The notes beneath the pieces were generated by a model, which worked only from the letters and a program-made list of their open reading frames with translations, was not told the DNA's origin and made no database searches. 44,563 nt of DNA from an uncultured Planctomycetales bacterium (GTDB lineage Bacteria > Omnitrophota > Gorgyraeia > Gygaellales > Profunditerraquicolaceae), in NCBI GenBank assembly GCA_964399915.1, contig CAYNRN010000004.1, positions 2,362-46,924 on the forward strand, written 5' to 3'. The translations under genes were made by a program, and so were the position numbers. This document shows, one piece after another, positions 17,703 to 26,935 of this stretch. Numbering within the stretch: the stretch's first letter is position 1; each line of letters starts with the position of its first letter.

Positions 17703-18702
17703 GAAAATCGCTCTGACCTATAATTTGAAGAGAAAGGAAGAAGACAGGCCTGCGGATTATTTTTCCGAATGCGACAGCCAGGAGACCATTGATGCCATTG
17801 CCGGCGCGCTAAGGAGAAGAGGCCACAGCGTTGAGATGATTGACGCGCAAAGAGGCAACCTGATTAAATATTTTGGCGCTAACAGCGTGGATATGGTATT
17901 TAATATCGCCGAAGGCTTCTTCGGTAAATCAAGAGAATCGCAGGTGCCGGCGCTGTTAGACCATTTTAAAGTGCCCTATACCGGTTCGGGGAGTTTTTCC
18001 CTGGCGCTGGCTTTAAATAAAGCCCTCACTAAAAAAATCCTTAAAGCAGAAGGCATCCCTACCCCGAATTTCCAGCTTTTCTTTAACGGAAACGAAGAAC
18101 CCGGTCCGGAATTAAAATTCCCCCTGATCGTCAAGCCCAATCGCGAAGGTTCCGGCAAAGGCATAAGTATTGCCAGCGTCGTAAACAGCCGGGAAGACCT
18201 GATGAGGAAGGTAAAGGAAATAATCGGGTTATATAAGCAGGAAGCGCTGGCAGAGGAATTCATCCAGGGCAGGGAGCTTACTGTCGGAATATTGGAGAAG
18301 GGCAAGATTGAAATCCTGCCTATCCTTGAAATAGATTTTTCTGATTGCCTGAAAAGCGGCGAATATTTTTATTCCTGGCGGATGAAGGAATTTCAGGGCG
18401 ATTGTGGAATGGGGCTGACCCCTTCATTCCATTGCCCTGCGCGGCTTGATGAGAATACCTCCGCCAGGGTGAGGGAGATAGCATTAAAGACGCATCAGGC
18501 AGTAGGCTGTTTTGATATCTCCCGCACGGATATCCGTTTAAGCAGCGACGGCACACCCTATGTATTAGAGATTAATCCGCTGCCGGGGCTCAACCCGAAA
18601 GAATCAAACTTTCCCCTGATGGCTTACGCGGCGGGCTTGAAATATGAAGAATTAATTGATACAATATTGATGAACGCAGTTGCTCGCAGGAGGGCAAATT
18701 GA
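17701..18702 (+). CDS. D-Ala-D-Ala ligase-like ATP-grasp protein (copy 2)
   Basis: Paralog of the upstream gene: VFNIAEG..RESQVP, VPYTGS, FPLIVKP..EGSGKG, EEFIQGRE, RTDIR, LEINPLPG. GTG start at 17701 or 17689. Confidence 0.85.
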   Translation: MKIALTYNLKRKEEDRPADYFSECDSQETIDAIAGALRRRGHSVEMIDAQRGNLIKYFGANSVDMVFNIAEGFFGKSRESQVPALLDHFKVPYTGSGSFSLALALNKALTKKILKAEGIPTPNFQLFFNGNEEPGPELKFPLIVKPNREGSGKGISIASVVNSREDLMRKVKEIIGLYKQEALAEEFIQGRELTVGILEKGKIEILPILEIDFSDCLKSGEYFYSWRMKEFQGDCGMGLTPSFHCPARLDENTSARVREIALKTHQAVGCFDISRTDIRLSSDGTPYVLEINPLPGLNPKESNFPLMAYAAGLKYEELIDTILMNAVARRRAN

Positions 18703-19880
18703 ATAATACTTCTGTTTCGGAACAACAGAAAACGCTTCAGGAGCCGACCTTCACGCACCGTTTGTATAAAAGGTCGCTTGACTATCAGCAGACCAGCCTT
18801 TACAAGGACGTTAATCCTCTGGATTGGGAAGACTGGCATTGGCAGTTAAAAAACAGGATCCGCTCCAAGGATGAATTATCGCAGGTAATCAAGCTGACTC
18901 CTCAGGAGGAGAAGGGGATCAATAAAGCCAGCGGCAGGCTTTCCATGGCGATTACTCCTTATTGGGCTACTCTGATAGATCCCGATGACGCCAATTGCCC
19001 CCTGAGGCGGCAGGCAGTCCCTGTGGCCGAAGAATCGCTTATCTCCCCCCATGAAATGGTAGATCCTTGCGCAGAGGACCGGGATTCTCCGGTGCCCCAT
19101 CTGGTGCACAGGTATCCTGACCGCGTCCTGCTTTTAGCAACCGAGCATTGCGCGATGTATTGCCGCCATTGTACCCGTAGGAGGCTGGTAGGAGAACACC
19201 GCGAGGATAATTCTGCTTCAAAATTTGACGCGGCAATCGAATATATCCGGGCAAACAGAAAAATCAGGGATGTTTTGATTTCAGGAGGCGATCCTTTTGT
19301 GCAGGAGGACCCCGAGATTGAGGAATTGTTGTCCAAGTTGCGTTCTATTTCACACGTAGAGTTTTTAAGAATCGGCACGCGTGTGCCGGTTACCCTGCCT
19401 CAGCGCATAGACGATAAATTAATCTCGATGCTTAAGAAATATGCCCCGATCTGGGTGAGCATCCACTTTAACCATCCTAAAGAGATTACCAAGCGCTGTA
19501 AGATCGCCTGCGAGATGCTTGCTGATTCAGGCATCCCTTTAGGCAGCCAAAGCGTGCTGCTGAAGGGGATAAACGACCGGCCCTATATCATGAAAAAGCT
19601 GATGCAGGAACTATTGCAGATCCGGGTCAGGCCCTATTATATCTATCAGTGCGACCCGGTAAGAGGCACACAGCATTTCCGCACCCCGGTTGCCGCCGGG
19701 ATCAATATAGTGGAGAAGCTCAGGGGACATACCTCAGGCTATGCCGTGCCGACATACGTTATTGACGGCCCGGGAGGCGGCGGCAAGATTCCGGTAGGGC
19801 CTAACTATATCCTCTCCCAGGCAAAGGGCAAGTACGTCCTGCGCAACTACAAGGGCAAGATCTATACCTACCTGGAATAA
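18699..19880 (+). CDS. kamA: KamA-family radical SAM protein, probable lysine 2,3-aminomutase
   Basis: HRYPDRVL, CAMYCRHCTR (CxxxCxxC), SGGDP, HFNHP, YIYQCD, DGPGGGGK (PLP Lys). Confidence 0.9.
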   Translation: MNNTSVSEQQKTLQEPTFTHRLYKRSLDYQQTSLYKDVNPLDWEDWHWQLKNRIRSKDELSQVIKLTPQEEKGINKASGRLSMAITPYWATLIDPDDANCPLRRQAVPVAEESLISPHEMVDPCAEDRDSPVPHLVHRYPDRVLLLATEHCAMYCRHCTRRRLVGEHREDNSASKFDAAIEYIRANRKIRDVLISGGDPFVQEDPEIEELLSKLRSISHVEFLRIGTRVPVTLPQRIDDKLISMLKKYAPIWVSIHFNHPKEITKRCKIACEMLADSGIPLGSQSVLLKGINDRPYIMKKLMQELLQIRVRPYYIYQCDPVRGTQHFRTPVAAGINIVEKLRGHTSGYAVPTYVIDGPGGGGKIPVGPNYILSQAKGKYVLRNYKGKIYTYLE

Positions 19881-19926
19881 TATCCTCTTAACTCCAGGCT
19901 GCAAACTCCATACCCCAAACTAATCC

Positions 19927-19959
19927 TTGACCCTCACTCTTACCTATTATATAATAGGT
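19927..19959 (+). promoter_or_regulatory. sigma70 promoter with an 18-bp palindrome over the -10 box
   Basis: TTGACC (19927-32), 17 nt, TATAAT (19950-55). ACCTATTATATAATAGGT (19942-59) is a perfect palindrome. Confidence 0.7.
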
Positions 19960-19999
19960 TTCCTTAATTTTATCAGGAGTAAAAGGGGATGCAGCTGTT

Positions 20000-21958
20000 A
20001 TGGATATCGCTAAAAAGAGGAACCTGATATTTTTAGGACATGCGCACTCAGGAAAGACTACCCTCGCCGAAGCCCTGCTGTATTTCTGCAAAGCAACCAA
20101 CCGTAAAGGCACTGTCGCCGAAGGCAGTACCGTCAGCGATTACAGCTCAGACGAAATAGAACGGAAAAGCTCGATAAACTCCAGTTTCCTTAACTGCGAG
20201 TATAAAGGCAATAGGGTCCAGATTATCGATGCCCCGGGTTATGCGGATTTCTTCGGGGAGGTGCTTTGCGGCATCCGCGCCGCAGACAGCGCAGTCATCG
20301 TTGTAGACGCCGCAAGCGGCATAGAAGTGGGGACGGAACGCGCCTGGCAGTTATCAGAGGAGTGCGGTATGCCCTGCATATTTTTTATCAATAAAGCCGA
20401 TAAAGAAGGGGTAGACCCCTCTAAGGCGCTTTCCGATATCCAGAATAATTTTTCCAAGAGGGCAGTAAAGGCAGGATCCCTGGACGACCCGGGCTTGATC
20501 GAGGCAGTGGCAGAGAGCGACGATAAACTTCTTGAGAAATACCTTGAGAGCGGAAAACTTTCTTCCGAGGAGTTATCCGGCGGCTTAAGGCAGGCGGTGG
20601 TAAAGCGTAACGTATTCCCGGTGATCATCGGCTCGGCTTCGGCGGAAAAAGGCTTAGGCGAGCTTCTTGATGATGTAATAAATTATCTTCCTGACCCAAC
20701 CGAGAGAGCGTCGGTATTTGCGATAAATCCCTCCAATCCCGAAGAGAAAAAAGAAATCCCCTTAAAGGCGGATGCCCCCTTCGCCGCTTTTGTATTTAAG
20801 AGCATATCCGATCCCTATGTCGGCCAGCTGACGCTGCTGCGCGTATTTTCCGGTACACTTACCGCTAACACCGGTTTTTATAATGCCAGCAGGAAGACAA
20901 AAGAGCGGATCGGCCCGATATATATGCTGCAGGGCAAGGAGCAGAGGGTTGTTGATGCCGCCTCCTGCGGAGATATCGTTGCCATAGCCAAACTTAAAGA
21001 GACAGTTACCTCCGATTCCCTCTGCGATGAAAAGAACCCGGTGTATTTCGAGCCGGTTGTGTTTCCCGAGCCGGCGATCTCCGCTTCGGTAAAGCCTAAA
21101 TCGCGCGCCGATGAAGACAAAATTTCCGGCGCCCTGCATAAGCTTGCCGCCGAGGATCCGACATTTAAATACACCCACGATCCCGCCACTAAGGAATTGA
21201 TCATCTCCGGGATGGGGGATTTACACCTGGGGGTGATGGTTGGCCGCCTCAAAAAAAGATTTAATGTAGAAGTAGAGCTGGGCAAGCCGAAAGTTTCCTA
21301 TAAGGAAACGATCACCAAGAGCACAAAAGTCCAGGGAAAATTCAAGCGCCAGTCAGGCGGCCGCGGCCAATACGGCGATGTCTGGCTTGAGGTTCAGCCT
21401 CTTGCAAGAGGGCAGGGGTTTGAGTTTGTGGATAAGGTCTTCGGAGGCGCGATACCGCGCAACTTCATCCCTTCGGTAGAAAAAGGCGTGACCAATGCCT
21501 GTCTAGAAGGGGCAGTCGCCGGGCATCCGATAGTAGATGTGCGGATTATCCTTTACGACGGCTCTTACCACGAAGTCGATTCCTCAGATATGGCTTTCCA
21601 GATCGCCGGGGCAATGGCGCTGAGGAAGGCGATTAATGCCGCAGGCCCGGTCCTGCTTGAGCCGGTAATGGATGTGGAGATAACGATTCCGGAAGATTTT
21701 CTGGGAGCGATTTCCGGGGATATTAACTCAAGGCGGGGCAGGATCATGGGCATGGACGTAAAGGGGAGATCCCAGATAGTCAAGGCGCAGGTCCCCTTAG
21801 CAGAGATGTTCACCTATGCAAACGACCTGCGTTCAATAACCGGGGGAAGGGGTGCTTACACCATGCGCTTCTCCCATTATGAAGAAGTCCCCCACAAAAT
21901 AGCGTCGGGAATCATTGCTCAATACCAGGCCTCCAAAAAGCCCGAAGAAGAACAGTAA
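20000..21958 (+). CDS. fusA: elongation factor G-like protein (EF-G2-type paralog)
   Basis: GHAHSGKTT, DAPG, NKAD, GMGDLHL, KRQSGGRGQYG, DGSYHEVDSS, LLEPVM. RGITI is replaced by RKSSI and the protein is shorter (652 aa). Confidence 0.9.
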   Translation: MDIAKKRNLIFLGHAHSGKTTLAEALLYFCKATNRKGTVAEGSTVSDYSSDEIERKSSINSSFLNCEYKGNRVQIIDAPGYADFFGEVLCGIRAADSAVIVVDAASGIEVGTERAWQLSEECGMPCIFFINKADKEGVDPSKALSDIQNNFSKRAVKAGSLDDPGLIEAVAESDDKLLEKYLESGKLSSEELSGGLRQAVVKRNVFPVIIGSASAEKGLGELLDDVINYLPDPTERASVFAINPSNPEEKKEIPLKADAPFAAFVFKSISDPYVGQLTLLRVFSGTLTANTGFYNASRKTKERIGPIYMLQGKEQRVVDAASCGDIVAIAKLKETVTSDSLCDEKNPVYFEPVVFPEPAISASVKPKSRADEDKISGALHKLAAEDPTFKYTHDPATKELIISGMGDLHLGVMVGRLKKRFNVEVELGKPKVSYKETITKSTKVQGKFKRQSGGRGQYGDVWLEVQPLARGQGFEFVDKVFGGAIPRNFIPSVEKGVTNACLEGAVAGHPIVDVRIILYDGSYHEVDSSDMAFQIAGAMALRKAINAAGPVLLEPVMDVEITIPEDFLGAISGDINSRRGRIMGMDVKGRSQIVKAQVPLAEMFTYANDLRSITGGRGAYTMRFSHYEEVPHKIASGIIAQYQASKKPEEEQ

Positions 21959-21972
21959 GCTTTCCTGAAAAT

Positions 21973-22674
21973 ATGAAAATCTGCGTGGTTTCACTCCCCG
22001 GGATAAACCCGGGAAAACATAATTTAAAAGACCCCCGGCTTGACCAGGTCCATAAAATTACCGGCTCGAAAAAAGAAACCTATATACAGGTTGAAGTTGT
22101 CACTGATGAAGATATTCTGGATGCCGAAGGAGTACTTTCTGCCTCCGATTCAAAACAGGACCTGATTTTAAAAGACCTTGAGTTTGTGGAAACCCGACTT
22201 TCCCGCGCTGAAAACGAAGCGGAAAAAATCCTGCTGAATAAATTAAAAACCCTGCTTGAGAAAGAAGAGTTTATCTTTAAATCAGAACTTTCCGAAGAAG
22301 AGAGGCGCCTGCTCTCTGGCTACGGGATGATTACCGTAAAGCCGGTTTCTCTGGCCGGAAGCGGAGAAACGGAAGACTCAAACGCGCTCTTGGTAAAGGC
22401 GTTTGGGGAGAGCGGATACATCAGTTTTTTTACTACCGGAGAAAAGGAAACCCGCGCCTGGGCGGTAAGAAAAGGAACATCAGCCTGGGAGGCGGCAGGC
22501 GCGATACATTCGGATATCCAGAGGGGCTTTATCCGCGCAGAGATCATCAGCCTCAATGACTTTATTGCCTGCGGCGGAGAGAATAAAGCAAAGCAGGCGG
22601 GAAAATTACGGCTCGAACAGAAAGATTATATTATGCAGGACGGAGATTTAGCTAACTTTAGATTTAACAAGTAA
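21973..22674 (+). CDS. truncated YchF-like protein (DUF933/TGS C-terminal domain)
   Basis: DPRLD, LILKDLE..E.RL.R, KPV, ISFFT.G.KE.RAW, AAGAIHSDIQRGFIRAE, GKLRLE.KDYIMQDGD. 233 aa, no intact P-loop. Confidence 0.8.
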   Translation: MKICVVSLPGINPGKHNLKDPRLDQVHKITGSKKETYIQVEVVTDEDILDAEGVLSASDSKQDLILKDLEFVETRLSRAENEAEKILLNKLKTLLEKEEFIFKSELSEEERRLLSGYGMITVKPVSLAGSGETEDSNALLVKAFGESGYISFFTTGEKETRAWAVRKGTSAWEAAGAIHSDIQRGFIRAEIISLNDFIACGGENKAKQAGKLRLEQKDYIMQDGDLANFRFNK

Positions 22675-22685
22675 GGAGTAGGGGG

Positions 22686-24260
22686 ATGGTTAAGATTAAG
22701 CGCGCATTGATCAGTGTATCGGATAAGACAGGGTTGTTAGAGTTAGCCCAGGAGCTGAATAACTGTAAAGTTGAGATGCTTTCTACCGGCGGCACGGCAA
22801 AATTATTAAGAGAGAATAATATCCCGGTAAAAGAAGTTTCTGATTATACGGGATTCCCTGAAATGCTCGACGGCAGAGTCAAGACGCTCCACCCGATGGT
22901 GCACGGCGGGTTGCTTGCTTTAAGGGATAACCCCGGGCACATGAAGACAATTAAAGAGCAGGGAATCGGCTTAATTGATATGGTGGTGGTTAACCTTTAT
23001 CCTTTTGAAAAGACCGTAGCTAAACCCGGCGTAAAGATAGAAGAGGCAATTGAAAATATCGATATCGGCGGGCCTTCTATGCTGCGCTCGGCAGCCAAGA
23101 ACCATAAGTCTGTGGCCGTAGTCTGTAATCCAGCGCGCTACCCCGAAATCATCGCAGAATTAAAGAAAAACAAAGGAGGCTTATCCGAAGAGTTATTGCG
23201 TGAATTAGGAGTCGAAGTTTTTGAGAGGACAAGCCGCTATGATGCGGCGATATACGAATATTTAAGCAGAAGTTTGGCTGATAGCTCACAGCTCATAGCT
23301 GAAAAGAAAAGCAATTTTCCGGAAAGGCTGACGATAGAATTCAAAAAAGTTCAAGATTTGCGGTACGGTGAAAATCCTCATCAGCAGGCGGCTTTTTACG
23401 CGCAGGCAGGCTCTGCCGCCGGGCTGGCTGCGGTAAAACAGCTTTGGGGCAAGGAGCTCTCCTTTAATAACATCCTCGATTTGAATGCCGCGGTAAACAT
23501 TGTCAGAGAATTTAAGTTTCCGGCAGTCGTCTTTATCAAGCACAACAATCCTTGCGGAGTTGCCGAAAACAGCGACTTAAGCAAAGCATACATCGATGCC
23601 TGGAATTGCGACCGGTTATCGGCTTTCGGCGGGATCGTCTCAATAAACAGAAAAATAGACTTAGGCCTGGCAAAGCTTATTGCCAAGAGCGGGTTCCTGG
23701 AATGCGTAATCTCGCCTGAATTCAGCGAAGAGGCGCTTACGCTCCTAAAAGAGAAGAAGAACTTAAGGCTCTTGGTTTATCCCTCGATGCTGGAAAAAGA
23801 AACAGGCTTAGATTTTAAGAAGGTTGCCGGAGGAATGCTGCTTCAGGATGAAGACAGCATTACCTACGACGAAAAGGACCTGAAGGTAGTAACAAAGAAA
23901 AAACCGAGCAAAAAGGAGATGGAGAGCCTGCTCTTTGCCTGGAAGGTAGCCAAACACGTAAAATCCAACGCCATCATTCTCTGCCGCGGCACAAAGACAG
24001 TGGGTATCGGCGCAGGGCAGATGTCCCGGGTAGATTCGGTTTTTATCTCTACGAAAAAATCCGGGAAACTCGCCGCCGGTTCCGTGCTTGCTTCAGACGC
24101 ATTTTTCCCCAAGGAAGACGCAATCCAGCTTGCCGCCAAATACAAAATCAAGGCAATCATTCAGCCGGGCGGCTCAATCGCCGACCAGGCAATTATAAAA
24201 ACGGCGGATAAGCATAAGATCGCCATGGTTACCACCGGAATCAGGCACTTCAGGCATTGA
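22686..24260 (+). CDS. purH: bifunctional AICAR transformylase / IMP cyclohydrolase
   Basis: RALISVSDK, STGGT, GRVKTLHP, IDIGGP, LRYGENPHQ, KHNNPCG, GAGQMSR, ASDAFFP, RHFRH. Confidence 0.98.
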   Translation: MVKIKRALISVSDKTGLLELAQELNNCKVEMLSTGGTAKLLRENNIPVKEVSDYTGFPEMLDGRVKTLHPMVHGGLLALRDNPGHMKTIKEQGIGLIDMVVVNLYPFEKTVAKPGVKIEEAIENIDIGGPSMLRSAAKNHKSVAVVCNPARYPEIIAELKKNKGGLSEELLRELGVEVFERTSRYDAAIYEYLSRSLADSSQLIAEKKSNFPERLTIEFKKVQDLRYGENPHQQAAFYAQAGSAAGLAAVKQLWGKELSFNNILDLNAAVNIVREFKFPAVVFIKHNNPCGVAENSDLSKAYIDAWNCDRLSAFGGIVSINRKIDLGLAKLIAKSGFLECVISPEFSEEALTLLKEKKNLRLLVYPSMLEKETGLDFKKVAGGMLLQDEDSITYDEKDLKVVTKKKPSKKEMESLLFAWKVAKHVKSNAIILCRGTKTVGIGAGQMSRVDSVFISTKKSGKLAAGSVLASDAFFPKEDAIQLAAKYKIKAIIQPGGSIADQAIIKTADKHKIAMVTTGIRHFRH

Positions 24261-24271
24261 TACCGTAATTC

Positions 24272-25570
24272 GTGACCTACCCCCAAGCAGTCAAATATCT
24301 GGAAACTTTTATTGACTACGAAAAGACCCTCTCCTGGTCCTACGAGGGTTCCCTGGAGTTAAAGCGCTTTAGGGATTTCCTGAAAGCGCTCGGCAATCCG
24401 CAGGTAAGTTTTAAATCCATACATATAGCCGGAAGCAAGGGAAAGGGTTCGACCTGCGCTTTTATCGCATATATATTAAGGGAAGCAGGGTTTAAAACCG
24501 GGCTTTATACTTCGCCGCATTTATCAGATTTTAGGGAGCGGATCAGGATTTTAAGCCCTAAACTCCAAACTCCAAACTCCCGCCGCGAATTCGAAGGAAT
24601 GATCAGCAGGCAGGAGCTCGCCCGGATCGTTGCAGAATTAAAGCCGGAGATAGAAAGCTACAACCGCCGTTGCCGATACGGGCCGCTTACCTTTTTTGAA
24701 GTTTGTACCGCGCTTGCCTTTATCTATTTTAAGAAGGAGCAGGCGGATTTCGCGGTTTTAGAAACCGGCTTAGGCGGAAGGCTGGATGCGACTAATGCGG
24801 TTGAGCCGGTTGTTTCGGCGATAACCCCGGTTAGCTATGAGCATACGGATAAGCTGGGCAAGAGGCTAAGAGATATAGCGGCAGAGAAGGCAGGGATTAT
24901 AAAAAGCCGCAAGTTGATCGTAATTAGCTCTCCCCAGGCCAAAGAAGCAGAAAAGATAATTAAAAATAAATCTCAAAAAGAAGGAGCGCGATTAAGGATC
25001 GTAGGAAAAGATATAAAGATAAATAAGAAGTTAAAAATAAAGCTGCTCGGCGCGTACCAGATAATTAACGCCAATGTTGCGCTGGCAGTGATAAATGCGC
25101 TTAGGGGCTGCGGCGTAAAAATCTCTGCTCAGGCTATAAAAAAAGGGCTCTCTAATACCAGATGGCCGGCCAGATGCGAGGTTATTTCGGAAAGACCGCT
25201 TGTGGTTATCGACGGCGCGCAAAACGCCGCTTCCGCGGCGGCATTAAAGAAAGCAGTCAGGGATAATTTCAGGTATAATAAATTAATACTCGTATTAGGC
25301 GTCTGCTCTGACAAGGATATCGCCGGTATTGCCAAAGAGCTTTCCGGGCTGGCAGACAAGGTTATTCTGACAAAATCATCTAATCCCAGGGCGGCCGGGC
25401 CTCAGATGCTGTCAGGCTATTTTAGCGGCAGGGATAAATATATTACCGATAGCGTAAGAGAGGCAAAGAAAAAAGCAGAGTCTGTCGCAGGCAGGAACGA
25501 TTTAATTTTAGTTACCGGCTCATTATTCGTAGCAGGTGAATACAGGTATGCTTACGGGAAATCTAATTGA
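24272..25570 (+). CDS. folC: folylpolyglutamate synthase / dihydrofolate synthase
   Basis: IHIAGSKGKGS, YTSPHL, TFFE, ETGLGGRLDATN, EKAGII, DGAQN, TGSLF. Confidence 0.95.
   Translation: MTYPQAVKYLETFIDYEKTLSWSYEGSLELKRFRDFLKALGNPQVSFKSIHIAGSKGKGSTCAFIAYILREAGFKTGLYTSPHLSDFRERIRILSPKLQTPNSRREFEGMISRQELARIVAELKPEIESYNRRCRYGPLTFFEVCTALAFIYFKKEQADFAVLETGLGGRLDATNAVEPVVSAITPVSYEHTDKLGKRLRDIAAEKAGIIKSRKLIVISSPQAKEAEKIIKNKSQKEGARLRIVGKDIKINKKLKIKLLGAYQIINANVALAVINALRGCGVKISAQAIKKGLSNTRWPARCEVISERPLVVIDGAQNAASAAALKKAVRDNFRYNKLILVLGVCSDKDIAGIAKELSGLADKVILTKSSNPRAAGPQMLSGYFSGRDKYITDSVREAKKKAESVAGRNDLILVTGSLFVAGEYRYAYGKSN
24560..24580 (+). repeat. (AAACTCC)x3 heptamer tandem repeat within folC
   Basis: Three perfect copies (21 bp, frame-preserving); encodes KLQTPNS. 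Confidence 0.85.
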
Positions 25571-26927
25571 CACAATTACGGCAATCGCAACCGGCTTAGG
25601 CGAATCCGGGATCGGGATCGTGCGCATCAGCGGTAAAGATGCGCTGAAGATTTCTGACGCTATTTTTCGGGCTAAGGACGGAGGCAAGCCTTCCAAGTTT
25701 AAGACTTATACCGTGCATTACGGATGGGTTGCCGATGATAGGATAATTGATGAGGTTATCCTGACCGTAATGCGTGCGCCTAAGTCTTATACGCGGGAAG
25801 ATGTTGTAGAGATAAACTGCCACGGGGGGATCGTCGCGCTGCGGGCGGTGCTGGAATTAGTTTTAAAAAAAGGAGCACGCCTTGCCGAGCCGGGTGAATT
25901 TACTAAAAGGGCTTTTTTAAACGGCAGGATTGACCTCGCTCAGGCAGAGGCAGTGCTGGATATAATCCGCGCTAAGACCGACGCTGCCCTGAAGATAGGT
26001 GAAGAGCAGTTAAAAGGCGCGCTTTCAAAAGAGATCAACCGTCTGCGCAGGAGTATTCTGGATATACTGGCGGTGTTGGAGGCAGATATAGATTTTCCCG
26101 AAGAGGACACCGGGGGAATCAATTCAGGGAAGTTCAAAACACAACTTTTTAAAATTAATAGCGCCGTCAAAGATTGCCTGGATTCTGCTTATCGCGGCAG
26201 GATCTGGCGCGAAGGGGTAAAGATAGTGATCTGCGGGAAGCCCAATGCCGGGAAATCTTCCTTACTGAATGCGCTTCTTAAGCAGGAGCGCTCGATAGTA
26301 ACGCCTGTTGCCGGGACAACCCGCGACACCATAGAAGAGGTCATTGATATCAAAGGGATACCGGTAAGGATAGTAGATACTGCCGGCATAATCGAGCCGC
26401 GCGATCTCTTGGAGAAAAAAGCGGTGCAACGCTCAAAGCAGCAGATCGCAACGGCTGATCTGGCGATCCTGATGTTTGATGCAAGCAGAAAACTCACCCG
26501 CGATGACCGTATGCTTATGAGGAGATTGGCAAAGAAGCCGGTAATCGCCGTGCTTAATAAGATTGATCTGAAAGAAAAGATCCAGCGCAGGGAGCTTGAG
26601 AAAAAGTTCAGACTGATAGTAAGCATTTCCGCAAAAAAAATGAAAAATATCAATCTCATTGAAGGCGCGGTTGCCGAGAGCGTTTTTGGCGGAAGGGCTG
26701 TTTGCTGTGAGTCCGCCTGGCTTTCTAACCGCAGGCATATTGAAAAAATGCGGCAGGCGCAAAAATTCATTGAAGAAGCGCTTAATTCGTTAGATAATAG
26801 GATGCCCTGCGAGTGTATTGCCCAGGACCTGAAATATGCGGCAGGGTGCATGGACGCGATTTTAGGCGCAGACTTCTCGCATGACCTGCTGGATAAGATA
26901 TTCAGCGAGTTTTGCATCGGGAAGTAG
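25548..26927 (+). CDS. mnmE: tRNA modification GTPase MnmE
   Basis: [62 protein letters not shown]. Confidence 0.98.
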   Translation: MLTGNLIDTITAIATGLGESGIGIVRISGKDALKISDAIFRAKDGGKPSKFKTYTVHYGWVADDRIIDEVILTVMRAPKSYTREDVVEINCHGGIVALRAVLELVLKKGARLAEPGEFTKRAFLNGRIDLAQAEAVLDIIRAKTDAALKIGEEQLKGALSKEINRLRRSILDILAVLEADIDFPEEDTGGINSGKFKTQLFKINSAVKDCLDSAYRGRIWREGVKIVICGKPNAGKSSLLNALLKQERSIVTPVAGTTRDTIEEVIDIKGIPVRIVDTAGIIEPRDLLEKKAVQRSKQQIATADLAILMFDASRKLTRDDRMLMRRLAKKPVIAVLNKIDLKEKIQRRELEKKFRLIVSISAKKMKNINLIEGAVAESVFGGRAVCCESAWLSNRRHIEKMRQAQKFIEEALNSLDNRMPCECIAQDLKYAAGCMDAILGADFSHDLLDKIFSEFCIGK

Positions 26928-26935
26928 GAGAAGCG

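Noticed and set aside
16656-18702. Calling the ATP-grasp genes ddl or vanA
   Set aside because: They lack the GGxSxE and LHG motifs and have no dcw or van gene context.
18699-19880. EpmB (EF-P beta-lysylation) or lysine-fermentation role for KamA
   Set aside because: No efp, epmA or kamDE is adjacent; the gene is coupled to ATP-grasp ligases instead. Not fully excluded without the whole genome.
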